A stretch of DNA of 64,000 nt, from the NCBI RefSeq assembly GCF_018350175.1, contig NC_058368.1:153328001-153392000 (forward strand), read 5' to 3'. The notes under the pieces are model-generated. The model was not told where the DNA came from. It made no database searches and saw only the letters and a program-made list of their open reading frames with translations. This DNA is from Felis catus. Taxonomy: Eukaryota. Shown here in pieces: positions 38,254 through 50,821 of the stretch. Within the stretch, counting starts at the first letter, position 1, and each line of letters opens with the position of its first letter. The position numbers and the translations under genes were made by a program.

Positions 38254-38679
38254 TTTTTTAAGTTTTATTTTTATTTATTTTGAGACAGCATATGAGTAGG
38301 GGAGAGGCAGAGAAAGAGGGAGAGAGAGAATCCCAAGCAGGCCCTGTGCTGTCAGTGAGGAGCCTGATTCAAGACCGGATCTCACAAACCATGAGATATA
38401 AGCTGAGCCGAAATCAAGAGTCATTAGCTCAACCGACTGAGCCACCCAGGTGCCCCTACTTATATATGTACGTATATATATATTTATGTTTACTTATTTT
38501 TGAAAGAGAGAGAGAGCAAGCTGCTTGGGGGAAGGGTAGAGATAGAGGAAGACAGAGGTTCTGAAGCAGGCTCTGTGCTGACAGCAGAGAGCTCAACTCA
38601 GGTCTTGAAGTCACTAACTGTGAGATCATGACTTGAGCCAAAATCAGATGCTTAACCAACCGAGCCACCCAGGTGCCCC
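38254..38679 (-). mobile_element. Two tandem CAN-SINEs (38254-38457, 38481-38679) in a (TA)-rich tract
   Basis: Outer TSD agttatatat near 38212 and 38681. Confidence 0.9.
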
Positions 38680-39070
38680 AAGTTATATATTTTTAAGGCC
38701 CCAGTTTTGGCCCCTCCCATGTCACCCCTGTCTCCAAACCTTGTAAATTGTTGTTTTATGTTGCAAAGCAGTTTAATACTTAAGTTCTTCTCACGTAAAC
38801 TATGCCTTTCAGTGTTTCCCCTTCCATATCAAGTAGATGCATTATATTGGCAAATTGATAAACATAAGAGACATTTATTCCAACCCGGTCAGTTGTGTCA
38901 ACCAACTATCCTAGAAGGCAAAAAATCATTCAGTAACATTTAATTGAGCTCCTGCATCAGGTACTGGGCTGGGCCTTGGCCGGGTAACAACAAGCAAATT
39001 AGGTAGTGACTGCACTCACAAACTTACAGTCAACTGGCATAGATAGGTGTTATTAAAAAATATACACAGA

Positions 39071-39300
39071 GGGGCGCCTGGGTGGCGCAGTCGGTTAAGC
39101 GTCGGACTTCAGCTAGGTCACGATCTCGCGGTCCGTGAGTTCGAGCCCCGCGTCAGGCTCTGGGCTGATGGCTCGGAGCCTGGACCCTGTTTCCGATTCT
39201 GTGTCTCCCTCTCTCTCTGCCCCTCCCCCGTTCATGCTCTGTCTCTCTCTGTCCCAAAAATAAATAAAAACGTTGAGAAAAAAAAAAAATTAAAAAAAAA
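39071..39300 (+). mobile_element. CAN-SINE, young subfamily, inside an L2 (-) remnant (about 38925-39720)
   Basis: CpG-rich body; TSD aaaaa.atacacag. Confidence 0.95.
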
Positions 39301-39845
39301 TACACAGGCATATACTGCAAATTACGAAGATGATGAAGAAAAAAGTACAGAGGGGCTGTGGGGTTTCTAGCAGATGGAGCTCATCTAGTGCAGATGGATT
39401 AAAGAAGACTTCCTGGAACTGAGATTAATCTGTGAGATAAAAAGGAATAAAGAGGGCTGGGGACAAAACTGGAAGGCTGAGGGCCAAAGGAGCAGCTAAA
39501 AGGCCAGTGTGGCTTAGGCAAGAGAGGGAGGCAGGAGGGGGATCCTGCAGGGCCTCAGATGGTATTGACCTTAATGTGGCCTACAGCAAGGGAGACCCCC
39601 TGTCATTTAAGCAACTCTGGCTGCTTCTGGAGGGAATGGAATAAAAGGAGCAGAAGTGGGGAGGCTGTTGAAGTCCAAGCAAGAATTCATGGTGGAATAG
39701 TCTAGGGTGCCAACAGTGCACATGGCAGAAAGTGTGTGTGATAAAGTGTTTTCTCTTTCTGTGCACCACATTGTGTCCCAAGGGATCTGTGGGCACACAG
39801 ATCTTCACATTCTTCAAATAAAGAGAAACAAAGATATGTCTGTAT

Positions 39846-40083
39846 CAGGGTTGCTCAACCTCAGCACTATGAACATTTTGGATGGGATAATTCTGTGTTG
39901 TAGCGGCTGTGCTGTGTGTTGTAGGATGGTTAGCAGCTGCCCTGACCTCAACCCACCAGATGCCAGTAGCACGTCCGCCTCTCCCCCAGCTGTAACAACC
40001 AAAACTGTATCCAGACGTTGCCAAATGTCCCCTGGAGTTTGGCAAGGGTAGAGGAGATGCAAAATCGACCCATTTGAAAACTG
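39846..40083 (+). mobile_element. MER20 hAT-Charlie MITE
   Basis: ctcaacctcagcactat..acattttgga..agatgccagtagcac..gccaaatgtcccctgg; 8-bp TSD gtctgtat / gtctctac. Confidence 0.9.
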
Positions 40084-40407
40084 GTCTCTACGAAACATAG
40101 ATATTCATTTGTGTGAAATTGATCTCAGAAATGTTCAAAATTCCCAGACTGGCTTCTCCGAAAATAATTGAGATGAAAATCACAGCAAAACTGAATGCTT
40201 TTGGAAGTATTCTACAATAAAATTTCAATTTGTATGGATAATAAGGGAAAAGGGAACTGATTTGGAAAAGGGGTTTTGTCCATTATCAAATTTTATGTTG
40301 CATTATTTTTAACTATGCTTTCTAAAAGCCTTCTATCACTACAGGAAAGAAAAATACAGCAACAACAACATCAACAAAAAACCCTTAAAAAGAGAAAGAT
40401 TTTATCT

Positions 40408-40498
40408 GTAAGTAATCTCTACACCCAACGTGGGGCTTAAACCCACAACCCCGAGATCCAGAGTTGCATGTGTACCCACTGAGCCAGCCAGGAACTCC
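40408..40498 (-). mobile_element. Short CAN-SINE
   Basis: aagtaatctctacacccaacgtggggct..ctgagccagccagg. Confidence 0.85.
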
Positions 40499-40721
40499 TA
40501 AAAACACTTTTTCTGCCTAAACTTCATAAAAAGATACTTCTCAAGGTTTTCTTCTTTTAACTGACATAATCTCCCAGAACAACTGAGATATGTTCCTGAT
40601 TATTTATATAACATTTCCTTAAGAGGAAGTAGGCCAATTGCAAACAAACACTGACAATAACTTAGAAGTGTTTTAGCTGATGATTATTTTTTCCTCTTCT
40701 TGAACACAGGGCCTGAATTAC

Positions 40722-41021
40722 TTTATTTTATGTTTAAGTTTGTTTTTTATTTTATTTTTTTAAAGTTTGTTTATTTATTTGTTTTGGGAGAGAAAGAGAG
40801 ATCAGGTGAGGGGAAGAGAGAGAGGGAGAGAGAGAATCCCAAGCTCTCAGCACGGAGCCCTACCGGGGCTCGATCCCATGAACTGCAAGATCATGACCTA
40901 AGCTGAAACCAAGAGTCAGATGCTTAACCGACTGAGTCATGCAGCCGCCTCTTTTTATTTTATTTTATTTTATTTTATTTTATTTTATTTTATTTTATTT
41001 TTTTAAAAATTTATTTATTTT
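40722..41021 (-). mobile_element. CAN-SINE (to about 40950) followed by a (TTTTA)n microsatellite
   Basis: Seen directly. Confidence 0.9.
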
Positions 41022-41318
41022 GGTATAGGTACCAAATTACTTTATTTGAAGGAGGGGTACAAATGAAAGAACTTAAGTCGATGTTTTGGTACAGGGCCTG
41101 AATATTTTAGATTCACACAAAAAATAATTCATATTTAAGGCTATTAGAGATTCCACGTAACACTTTATAATTAAGAACTGGCAAGAAATTGTGTTGAATA
41201 AATTATCATCTAAAAATCTCTAAATTCAACTAGCTGCTGAGATCACAGTGGACACAACATCTAACTCTAAATTAGTTTGTTAAATAGTTTATAACTTGCT
41301 TTAAAGAAGGTAAAATCA

Positions 41319-41546
41319 GGGGCGCTGGGTGGCTCAGTCAGTTGAGCGTCCCACTTCGGCTCAGGTCATGATCTCGAGGTTTGTGGGTTCAAGCCCCGCG
41401 TCAGGCTCTGTCCTGACAGTTCAGAGCCTGGAGCCTGCTTTGGATTCTGTGTCTCCGTCTCTCTCTGCTCCTCCTCCACTCACACTCTTGTCTCTCTCTG
41501 TCTCAAAAATAAATAAAACATTTAATAAATAAATAAATAAGTAAAT
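41319..41546 (+). mobile_element. CAN-SINE
   Basis: TSD aagaaggtaaaatca. Confidence 0.95.
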
Positions 41547-42624
41547 AAGAAGGTAAAATCAAATTAGAATAAGGTGTTAATGGCATTGGTCTGATTGAGA
41601 GCCCATCTGTTTGTCTCTTTACAATCCATGAGGCTTTCTCTTGTCCCTGCCCCCACTTCCTAAAGACCCCACTTCAATAGTCAGTGTAACCAGAAACTGT
41701 CCTTTTGGCAAACTGCTCTCAAAGGCTTCATGACAGGAAAAATTCTCTTGGATTTTGTCCTTTCCCTTTCATAGATCTGTTCAAATGAATGATCTGTGTT
41801 TCAGTTTCCAGATCATTATTGGCAGAAAACTGGAGTTTAGGAAGATTTATTGTTTTTAATTTAAAGCATTGCATTCTCCATGTGGACTAAGAGGTATATA
41901 ATCTTTGCTAGACTCATCTCTTAAACTCCAAGTACTTCAGCACCATCACACAGTCCAGGAACTCTTAATATTGTGTCCAACTTTTCCCTCGGGGTATTTT
42001 TTCTTTCAGAGAAATGTTTACTTGCAAGTCCAGCAGGAGCTCGTAAGAATCTGAGCTAACAAACACTGTGGGATCACACTAGAATTCCCTTAAGGCACTT
42101 TCACATTTTAAGATCTTGGAAGATTTTGATCTGTTCTTTACACAATTGATCACTGAAGCTAAACTCTGAAACATAGTCATCAGATCATCAGAACATTTTG
42201 CACTGTGTGTTTTGCACGTCAGCCTAGCAAAAGCGCACAACTTTCTCCAGGGGCCGATAGGACCCCACGGAGCATACGTGTCATAGCAGACAGAGCACGT
42301 GTGCGCAATGTGGCTTTTCCTCTAACATATACAATCTGTGTCTTACAGACTGCAGTCCCTGCCTACAATCTGGACAATCAAGTTCTTCCTTCAGAGTGAT
42401 TTACATTAAGAGAAAAAACTACCCCTGCCATGTCATTTTCCATTTCATATGCACTATGTCTTATAGAAACAATACACATAACAGTCTACGGGTGGCAAAT
42501 ATACTCTCCAAATTGAATCTTTGGATTAGAGAGAACCTTAGGAAACTAGTTCATGCCCAGGTACTCATCAAAGGAGAGGCAAATATTGCAGTGCATGGAA
42601 AAGATGCATTTTCTAGTCCTGTGG

Positions 42625-42628
<4 letters not shown>

Positions 42629-42667
<39 letters not shown>
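42629..42667 (+). repeat. Perfect (TG)n microsatellite
   Basis: Seen directly. Confidence 0.95.
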
Positions 42668-42669
<2 letters not shown>

Positions 42670-42792
42670 GCCATTTAGCCTTTCTCATCCTGTTTGCTCT
42701 TCTGTGAATAACATATTCATAGACTTCAAGATGTCTTTGACTTGCAAATGCACCATTATTTTAGATATCATTAAGAAAGAAAAAAAATGATG

Positions 42793-43090
42793 GGTAGGGG
42801 GATGGGTGAAATAAGTGATGGGGATTAAGGAGTGCGTTTAACGTAACGAGCACTGGGTGATTAAAATAAAAACTTAAAAAAAAGAAATATATGTAGACAT
42901 CTAGGTCAATGGCTAAGATTAAGAGTCCAGAAATAGACCCACATTCAAAATACCAACTGATTTTTTTGTTTGTTTACACAGACACTAAGGTAATTCAATG
43001 AAGGATAGCTTTTTAAAAACTAAATGGTGTTAGAATATGTGGATATTTATTTGGAAATAATAAACATGACCTTAAGAAAAAAACAGAAAA
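42793..43090 (+). mobile_element. Short carnivore L1 3' end with probable 3'-transduced sequence
   Basis: L1 end gggatgggtgaaata.gtgatggggattaaggagtgc..aataaaaactt plus A tract, about 190 bp of extra sequence, then a second A tail; TSD aaagaaaaaa(aa)tgatg. Confidence 0.75.
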
Positions 43091-43532
43091 AAAGAAAAAA
43101 TGATGCCAGTTAAACTATGACCTAGTTCTTTTTATAAGGTAGAATTATTGCTCTCTTTTGATATGTGTGGTTTTTTAGGTTGGCTTTTTAAAAATTATTA
43201 CTAAGTAAACTCTATGCCCAATGTGGGGCTTAAATTCACGACCTTAAAGACATTTGAAAGAGGTCTTTTAGACTTAGATATACATTTTGTTGTATTTTAC
43301 TTTTGTATATAGAAAAAGGAAAATAGAAACCAAATAATTAGTTAGGGTGTTCTGAAAATTTCTTTGGAGTCCAGCTTTTCAGATTTACTCTTGAATTGCA
43401 TTTATCAATGCCTATGGATGTTAATGCAACATTTTCAAAAAGACAACTTTACTCTGATTGTTCTACATTTTGCTCCCAAGCTTCTAACACTATAAGTTTT
43501 GATGCTTGTGGCTTTTTTCATCTTTAAAAAAA

Positions 43533-43740
43533 ATTTTATTAAACATTTATTTATTATTGGGAGACAGAGAGAGACAGAGTGTGAGCAGGGGAGGGGCAGA
43601 GAGAGAAGGAGACACAGGATCTGAAGCAGGTTGCAGGCTCTGAGCTGTCAGCACAGAGCCCAACACAGGGCTCAAACTCACAAACTGTGAGATCATGACC
43701 TGAGTCAGGCACTTAACCGACTGAGCCACCCAGGTGCCCC
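43533..43740 (-). mobile_element. CAN-SINE
   Basis: TSD tgtggcttttttcatctt. Confidence 0.95.
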
Positions 43741-44040
43741 TGTGGCTTTTTTCATCTTACCAAAAGGTATCATCAGAAGGTTTTTGGACGAGTGCAACAC
43801 AACAGGTCCTAAGATGACATGGGTTTAGAGTTTTCAGTGTTGCCTCCAGAAATAACTAAAAGTTTGTGTACAGTCAGTGGCAAGTGCATCATGATTCCAG
43901 CTGGAATCAACAAAGGTAGTAAGATACTAACCAATTTAAGACTTGTTAAAATGTGAAATAAAAGTGTGTTTCTTAGAATCAAAATATTGATTCAAAAAAC
44001 CAAATGAGGTTGTTTTAGCTTTGTGAAATGACTTAGTACA

Positions 44041-44260
44041 TTTTTCTTGTTTGAATTTTATTTTAATGTTTATTTATTTTTTGAGAGAGAGATTGACAGA
44101 GTGTGAGCAGGGGAGGGGCAGAGAGAGAGAGGGAGGCACAGAACCCAAAGCAGGCTCCAGGCTCTGAGCTGTCAGTGAACCGGGAGATCATGACCTGAGC
44201 TGAAGTTGGACGTTCAACCGACTGAGCCACCCAGGTGCCCTGTGACTTAGTACTTAAACA
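44041..44260 (-). mobile_element. CAN-SINE with internal deletion
   Basis: TSD tgacttagtac; the B-box region is missing. Confidence 0.9.
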
Positions 44261-44858
44261 TCATGCCTATGTAATATTTTTTATTTAGGTATTCTTGCAT
44301 TCACTGGAATAATAAGGGAGGTTGCCATGGAGAATATTATGCCTGCTAGGTTTTAGAAGAAAAATGTCAGACTCAGAGACCAAGGCAGCTGATTAAGGGG
44401 TGTTATTTTTGGGGGTCAAAATGGTCACTTTGCACCCCTAATATGTCTTATATCCCTGCCAGAGTCTCTGTAATTACAGAGTATTTAAATTCTCTTAGTG
44501 AAGACGCATGTTAAAAACATAGTCTGGAAACAGGGATTTGTTAATCTATTATTAGTCAATAACACCTTGGCTTAAGGTTGTTCATCAGAATAATTATGGA
44601 ATCGACAGCCTAGTTAGAGAGAAACTAATCTATAGACATGTAATAAGAAGAGAATAGCTGCAAAGTAATCAACATGTACAAAGTAGCAGAGTATGGCATA
44701 AAGTAAATATATCAATACTGTACATATTGACAGGATCACAACCTACCTACCCCCAACAAATGACCATGTTAACTAACCTTAAAGGTCTTGAGGTGGACAA
44801 CCGATTCTGGAAATGTTTCCCATATCTTCAGGACATTTAACAAAAAATGATGTTCTTT

Positions 44859-45552
44859 GGGGCACCCGGATGACTTAGTCGTTTGAGCATCCGGCTGTTG
44901 ATATCACCTCGGGTCATGGTTGTGGGATCAAGTCCTGTGTCAGGCTCTGCACTGACAGTGTGGAGGCTGCTTGGGATTGATTGTCTCTCTCCCTATCTCT
45001 CTGCCCCTCCTCCATTCTCTCTCTCTCAAAATAAATAAACATTTCTTTTTTTTTACACGGTGTTCCAGGACACCTGGGTGGCTGAGTTAGTTAAGCGTCA
45101 GACTTTTGATTTTGTCTCAGGTCATGATATCACGGTTTGTGAATTCAAGTCCCGCATCAGGCTCTGCACTGAGTCCGCTGAGCCCATCATTGTAGAGCCC
45201 TCTTGGGATTCTGTCTCCCTTCTTTCTCCGCCCTTCCTCCGTTAGCTCTCTATCTCTATCTCCAAATAAATAAAAATAAACTCAAAAAATTTGACGTTCT
45301 TTAGGATAGGGCTGTTGTAGCATAATGGGTAAAGAATGGACAACTTTGTGAGTGTGATTTTTTTTAATGTTTATTTTGAGAGAGAGAGAGAGAAAGACAG
45401 AGCATGAGTGGGGGAGGGGCAGAGAGAGAGGGAGATGCAGAATCTAAAGCCGACTCCAGGCTCTGAGCTGTCAGCACAGAGCCCTATGGGGGGCTTGAAC
45501 TCACAGACCCCAAGAAAGTGAGATTAATCGACTGAGTCACTCAGGCTCCCCC
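44859..45552. mobile_element. CAN-SINE cluster (44859-45040 +, 45068-45288 +, 45357-45552 -)
   Basis: Three SINE bodies; TSD tgagtgt.atttt for the third. Confidence 0.9.
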
Positions 45553-45619
45553 TGAGTGTCATTTTTGAAAACTTCCTATACCTATTTTATCCCTCACCTT
45601 CCCCATCTCTAATGGGGAT

Positions 45620-45950
45620 GGTGCTCTTCCTCCTTGTATACGCGAGTGTTCCTTTCCCTTTGTTCTCTACTGGTTTCCCTCATGATTGCTAAAGGCATGC
45701 CGCCCTTTCTGGCATCACATCTGGACATAACAACATGCAGCGGAAGAAGATAGGATGTTTTCTCCTTCCATTTTACTTTAAGGGAGAAACACTTCCTGGA
45801 TGCCATGTGGTTCATTGGCCAGAAGTAATTCACATGCTCTTTCTTAAGCCATCACCGGCAAAGGGAGAAGGTTTATTGTGATCACCTTACCAACTAGGGT
45901 TCACCCCTGAGTCACCTATGAAGGATGGATGCCCTGAATGAAAGGTAGCC
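45620..45950 (-). mobile_element. Old MaLR (MLT1K-like) LTR fragment
   Basis: ggcatcacatct.gacataacaaca..tcattggccagaa..tcacatgc..aagccatcac.ggcaaaggg. Confidence 0.55.
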
Positions 45951-46089
45951 ATTCCTACCTACTTCTTTGTTGAAGTATAAACAGGACTATTTAACGGCTA
46001 TAAATGGGACTGTTTAACGGCTCTGTTATACTGTTCCTGATGATTATTGGAAAGCTAAATAATATAACTTCTATGAAGTACTACTGATG

Positions 46090-46345
46090 ACAATGGCAAA
46101 CACTTCTACTATGGTATTTGCTATGTGTGATACATTGTCTTATACGTGCACAGCTTTAAGTTTACAGCAATCATCACAAAAGCCTCATGAGGCATTTGTA
46201 TCATTGTTATCTCCTTTTTACAGATGTGGAAACTGGACACAGAGTGGTTAAGTAACTCGGCTAAGGTTTCACAGCTTGTAGGTGGCCGTGCTGGGATTAG
46301 AATCCTGCAGGGTGGTCCTAGAGCACATGGGCTGAACCATACTCC
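46090..46345 (-). mobile_element. MIR
   Basis: ttttacagatgtggaaactg.acacagag.tggttaagtaactcg.ctaaggtt.cacagct. Confidence 0.85.
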
Positions 46346-46487
46346 TGGAAAAGTGCTCAACCCCTGGTAGCTATTACTGTCATCTCTGCTGACCTACACT
46401 CCTCAAGCAACATTTACAGGTTTGTATCCCTTCTTGTGCTGTTCTTTGAAGAGAAGGAAAGATACATTTTTAAAAATGTATAGAAGA

Positions 46488-46701
46488 GGGAGGCCTGGGT
46501 GGCTCAGTAGGTTGAGAGTCCCACCCAGTCTCGATTTTGGCTCAGGTCATGATCTCACGGTTCATGAGATCAAGACCTACATTGGGCTCTGGGCTGACGG
46601 CTTGGGGCTTGCTTGGAATTCTCTCTCTCCTTCCCTCTCTGCCCCTCTTCTGTTTGTGCTCTCTCTCCCCACATATAAATTAATAAACTCTAAAAAAACT
46701 T
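46488..46701 (+). mobile_element. CAN-SINE
   Basis: TSD aaaaatg(t/c)ataga. Confidence 0.9.
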
Positions 46702-46874
46702 AAAAAATGCATAGAGGAATTTGAAGAAAAATTTAATAGGAGTGTTTTTTAAACTTTATATCATAATCTATTCTTGAGTTATAAAATCTATTTAATAAGT
46801 CACAACCAGCTTTAAAAAAATAAAGTATAATGCAATAAGATAAAACAAAATTAAAAAAAATATCAAGTACAACC

Positions 46875-47074
46875 TTTTTTTAAAAGTGTATTTATTTTCA
46901 GAGAGAGAGAGAGGTGGGAGGGCAAAGAGAAAGGGAGAGAGAGAGAATACCAAGTAGGCTTTATGCTTTCAGTGTGGATCCCGGTGTGTGGCTTGAATTC
47001 ATGAACTGTGAAATCATGACCTGAGGCGAGATCAAGAGTTGGATGCTTAACCAACTGAGCCACCCAGGTTCCCC
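46875..47074 (-). mobile_element. CAN-SINE, inside a probable hAT-Charlie MITE (about 46740-47200)
   Basis: TSD atcaagt(a/g)caacc. Confidence 0.9.
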
Positions 47075-47359
47075 ATCAAGTGCAACCCTTAAAATAACTT
47101 TTTTTCTCTAATTCAATTATGTTTATTTTGTATATTTGTTCTAGGTTGCCACATAAAATGTATTTTTTATTTTAGGTTGTGGTCAGAAAAAGCTGGAAAA
47201 ACCTTTAAGTTGACTTCTCTACAGAATAGCTCAGAGAAACGGCTCACTGACTTTCTTTTTTCTTTTCCCTTGTTTTGGACTGAGCAGTGTTTTTTTATTT
47301 TATTTTATTTTCCTGATTAGCTGATTTTACACACATACTCCCTATATACACACATTTCC

Positions 47360-47493
47360 AATTTCTCTTTGTCTCTTTCTCTTTCTTTTAAGTAGGCTTC
47401 ATGCCCAGCACAGAGCTCAATGTGGGGCTTGAACTCACGACCCTAAGCTGAGATCAAGACTGGACATTTAACCGAGAGAGCCACCCAGGCACC
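47360..47493 (-). mobile_element. Older short CAN-SINE
   Basis: TSD cacatttcca. Confidence 0.8.
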
Positions 47494-48344
47494 TTCACAT
47501 TTCCAGGTTCTCTCGAAAAAAAAAAAAAAAGAAAATCTGACAACACAAGGCTAATATTTCTACAGGACAAGAATCAACTGAAGCGGAGTACCCCTTGTGC
47601 ACTTTGAACAGAGCACTAATTCTCAGTCCTCTCCACTCCCCACTACACACAGTCTGCTCATACACAGTACCTGCCCGGTCACTGAAAGCATTTGGTATTG
47701 TGATCCCTGGGCTATATTATCCTGGCTTTAAACTTTTCTTCATAGATCTTAATCTGTGGTTGTTAGATCTTCTTTGAATTTTTCTACTGAGAATGATTTT
47801 TTTTTTTTTTTTTTTAATTAGGCTTGGAACCCGAAACAGAATTTAGCTAAAGTGTGTTACCTCAACCATAACAAAAATATGTGGCTCTGGACCTCCTGCT
47901 ACTTCATTGTCTTCCACAGTTTTTATGCTGCTGATTCTGTTTCTGCTTTTTTTTGTAGGACCCAGGCTTTTTTCGGTCGTCTTATGATTAGTCCTCAATT
48001 CTTCTTAGTAGAGTTTTGGTCCTCCTAAAGATATGCCTTTGCATTGCATCTTCAAATGTTTATTCTGTTGTTTTATCTGTTCGATCAGAGGCTCTAGTTT
48101 GTTGTTCTGAGAGGACAAATTAATGTAATGTCAATTTAGTGTACTCACAGTGCCTTAGGCTGTGAATGGACCAGCATTCACAGAAAGATACAGTATTGTA
48201 AAGTAGTTACAAATGTCCTTAGAAAGCATTTCAGGTATGAATTGGGTCAGATTGAGACACAAAGAATGAAAAGTTCTGAATTCTCTCCTGTGAATAATAA
48301 TATCCTCATTTTAATGGGCTTAGCTTGGCTTTCCCTTCTATAAG

Positions 48345-48750
48345 AAAGATATTTCCGGTTGTGGGTAATTGAAGACCGGATTCAAACTGGCAATGAAGGA
48401 AATTTACTGGCTCAATAGAGTGCAGTGGGAGATCAGGCTTCAGGCATAACCAGATCAAGACTACAATTCTATTTCCCATTGAGTCTTTCAGCTCTGCCCC
48501 TCTTTGATTGTCTGCTTCATTTTTAGCCTGGCTTCCTACACTGTAAATAAACACCTGAAGCAATTCCACATATAGTAGTTCCTGTGGCAAAGACAGTATC
48601 TGTCCTGATCACTTTTTGGCAAGAGCAAGGAAATTTCCCAGAAATCTTCACAAAAGTCTTGTATACATCTCTGGTCAACACTGGGTCATTTGCCCATCCT
48701 TAAATGTTTAAATGTGGCCAGTGTGACAAGATTGAGCTAACCAGGGCTTA
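48345..48750 (-). mobile_element. Old MaLR (MLT1J/K-like) LTR
   Basis: ttcaaactggc..aaggaaatttactggctca..ggcttcaggcat..tgggtcatttgcccatcct. Confidence 0.6.
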
Positions 48751-48977
48751 TTCTTTATTAGCTCATCCATACCTCATGCCTAAAAGGGTGCGGTGGGGAA
48801 AATTATTACACTGAAGGAGATGTAGACAGCTGGACAGAGAACCTTCTTTAGAAGTTACACCGCTAGGAAGAAACTTCGTTAAGTATGATCATCCTCTGAG
48901 TTGCTACCTCACATATAGAAAAAAAAAAAGTACTTCATGTGGTAGTCCTTCTTTTCTTTTATGAGGATGAAACCTTA

Positions 48978-49333
48978 ATACTATAGACTGGGAGCCTTAA
49001 ACAATACATATTTATGTTCCCACAGTTCTGGGGGCTGACATGTCCAAGATCAGGATGCCAGTGTGGCTGGGTTCTGGTGAGAGCTCTATTTCTGACTTAC
49101 AGATGGCTGCCTTTCTGCTGTGTCCTCATGGCAGCGAAAGACAGAGAGACAAACAGGAGGAGAACTCTCTTATCCTCTTCTTCTAAGGCCATATTCCTAC
49201 CGGATTAGGACACCTCCCTTCTGACCTCATTTACCTTAAATTCCCATCTAAAGGTCCTATCTTCAGATAGTCCTATTGGGCATTAGGGCTTCACCATATT
49301 AATTAGAGGGGGGAACAGATTCAGCAGATAGCA
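48978..49333 (-). mobile_element. MLT1A-like MaLR LTR
   Basis: cacagttctgggggctg..gtccaagatcagg.tgccag..ttctggtgagagct..ctgtgtcctcatgg..tagggcttca..atagca. Confidence 0.85.
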
Positions 49334-50821
49334 CTGTTGAGATGTTAATCATTGCCCAAGTATTTTTTGAGCATCTGTTCTGTGTCCAAGGGGGACTGGG
49401 CATTGTGATGGTTGGGGGTTGGGTGGGGCAGGATGAAATATTCACTGGGCGGCAATCATAAACTGGAACAAATGCTGTGAGGTAGAGTAATGCTGGGAGA
49501 ACTCCAGAGTGGCCGGGATCACTGAAGATTGGAATGGCCCAAAAACTGTATGGAGAATTTGAGGCTTAAGCTAGGATTTTGGAATTGGTGGAGAGAAGTA
49601 TGAAGTGTGTGAAAGGATAAACACCCAGATGAGGAGGGTAGCATTGGGGCTTGAGGGAAAGGGCCAGGTACCATGGAGGTCTTACAGAAAAGACTGAGAA
49701 AGTTTTGTAACTGATTGGCATAGAGGGGACTTCATAACTGAGACATGGACTGAAACGGTGAGGAGAATGGAACTTTGAACAGAGATCAGAAATTCCATAA
49801 AGAGGGAAGTTATGGGGGTGGGATTGGTTCCATGCAGAAGGATGAGGATTATTTTAGAAATAATCATTTTTAGAAAGTTTTTATCATGGGGTTGATAATG
49901 AAGCTAAGGAAATGAATGATCTCTTTGAGAAAATATGTAGAGAGATGGCTGGAAAGAAAAGGGCTAACAATCATCATTTCCCTGAAGTATCTAGCCATAG
50001 CAAGTGGCATGATGGTGTGAGACTATTGAAACTTTGATGGATTTAGTTCTGATTTTCTCAGGGCATGCGCAGAACTAAGTGTCATGTGAAATGATCATTT
50101 GTTGGTTGATGATAGAATGGATGAATGTTAGAAGTTTAAAATCCACAATGTCTACTATGCATCAGAGATGTTTTAAAGTCCAGCAGCTTTCCCATTTCCA
50201 TTTAATTGATTGTTTGATCATCATTTATTACTTATACACTGAAGAAATGATAAGCTGAAATATTCCTTCCATCACATGAAGGGGTTAATTAGCTCGGTTT
50301 TCAGAGGAGTCATCTGACTGTCATACTAGTCCAGGTACATTCACTGGGGCATTCCCAGTGGGCAGGGATCCTGGGAGAGCATTGCACTATGACCTAGTTT
50401 TCCCTTTGGAAGCAGGTCCTTTCTCCTGGGCCTACCTCAGCTTTCTCTTGGCAGTTCTGCTCTCAGTGACCTTTCTCCCTGTACTAGCAGCTAACGGTTG
50501 GGTCTACCTTTGTGAAGACAACGTGTGGTTGGTCTGCCTTTGCATTTCTCACTCCTCCCTTTGGAGCTCAGAGCTGCCCACAACTGTACCCAATATTTTA
50601 GATCCTCCAACCTCTTCTCTTCTACTAGCAGTATTTGCCATTCTAATGTCTAGTTCTTGTGGAGTCCTGGTGTGGATCAATGAATTTTATGCTATCTTGG
50701 GGCTTTCTGAAGAGAAAGAATTGAGTCAGATAAGGAGTTAATAATATATTTAATTTAAATGCATATTATATATTTAATATATTTAATAATATATTTAATG
50801 TTATAATAAAATGCCAGGATT

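Larger units (their letters stand above)
42712..43990. mobile_element. TcMar-Tc2 (Kanga/MER104-like) DNA transposon fossil hosting later insertions
   Basis: Left end gcaccattatttt..aagaaagaaaaaa..tgccagttaaactatgac; right end tgttaaaatgtgaaa..gtgtgtttcttagaatc. Confidence 0.65.

Noticed and set aside
40700..41105. Recurring acagggcctgaat and aattactttattt motifs around a SINE
   Set aside because: The matches are short and imperfect, and a degraded TSD plus chance explains them.
50358..50741. Hydrophobic 127-aa ORF resembling a membrane protein
   Set aside because: It starts at GTG, its hydrophobicity follows from pyrimidine-rich DNA, and there is no splice or family support.
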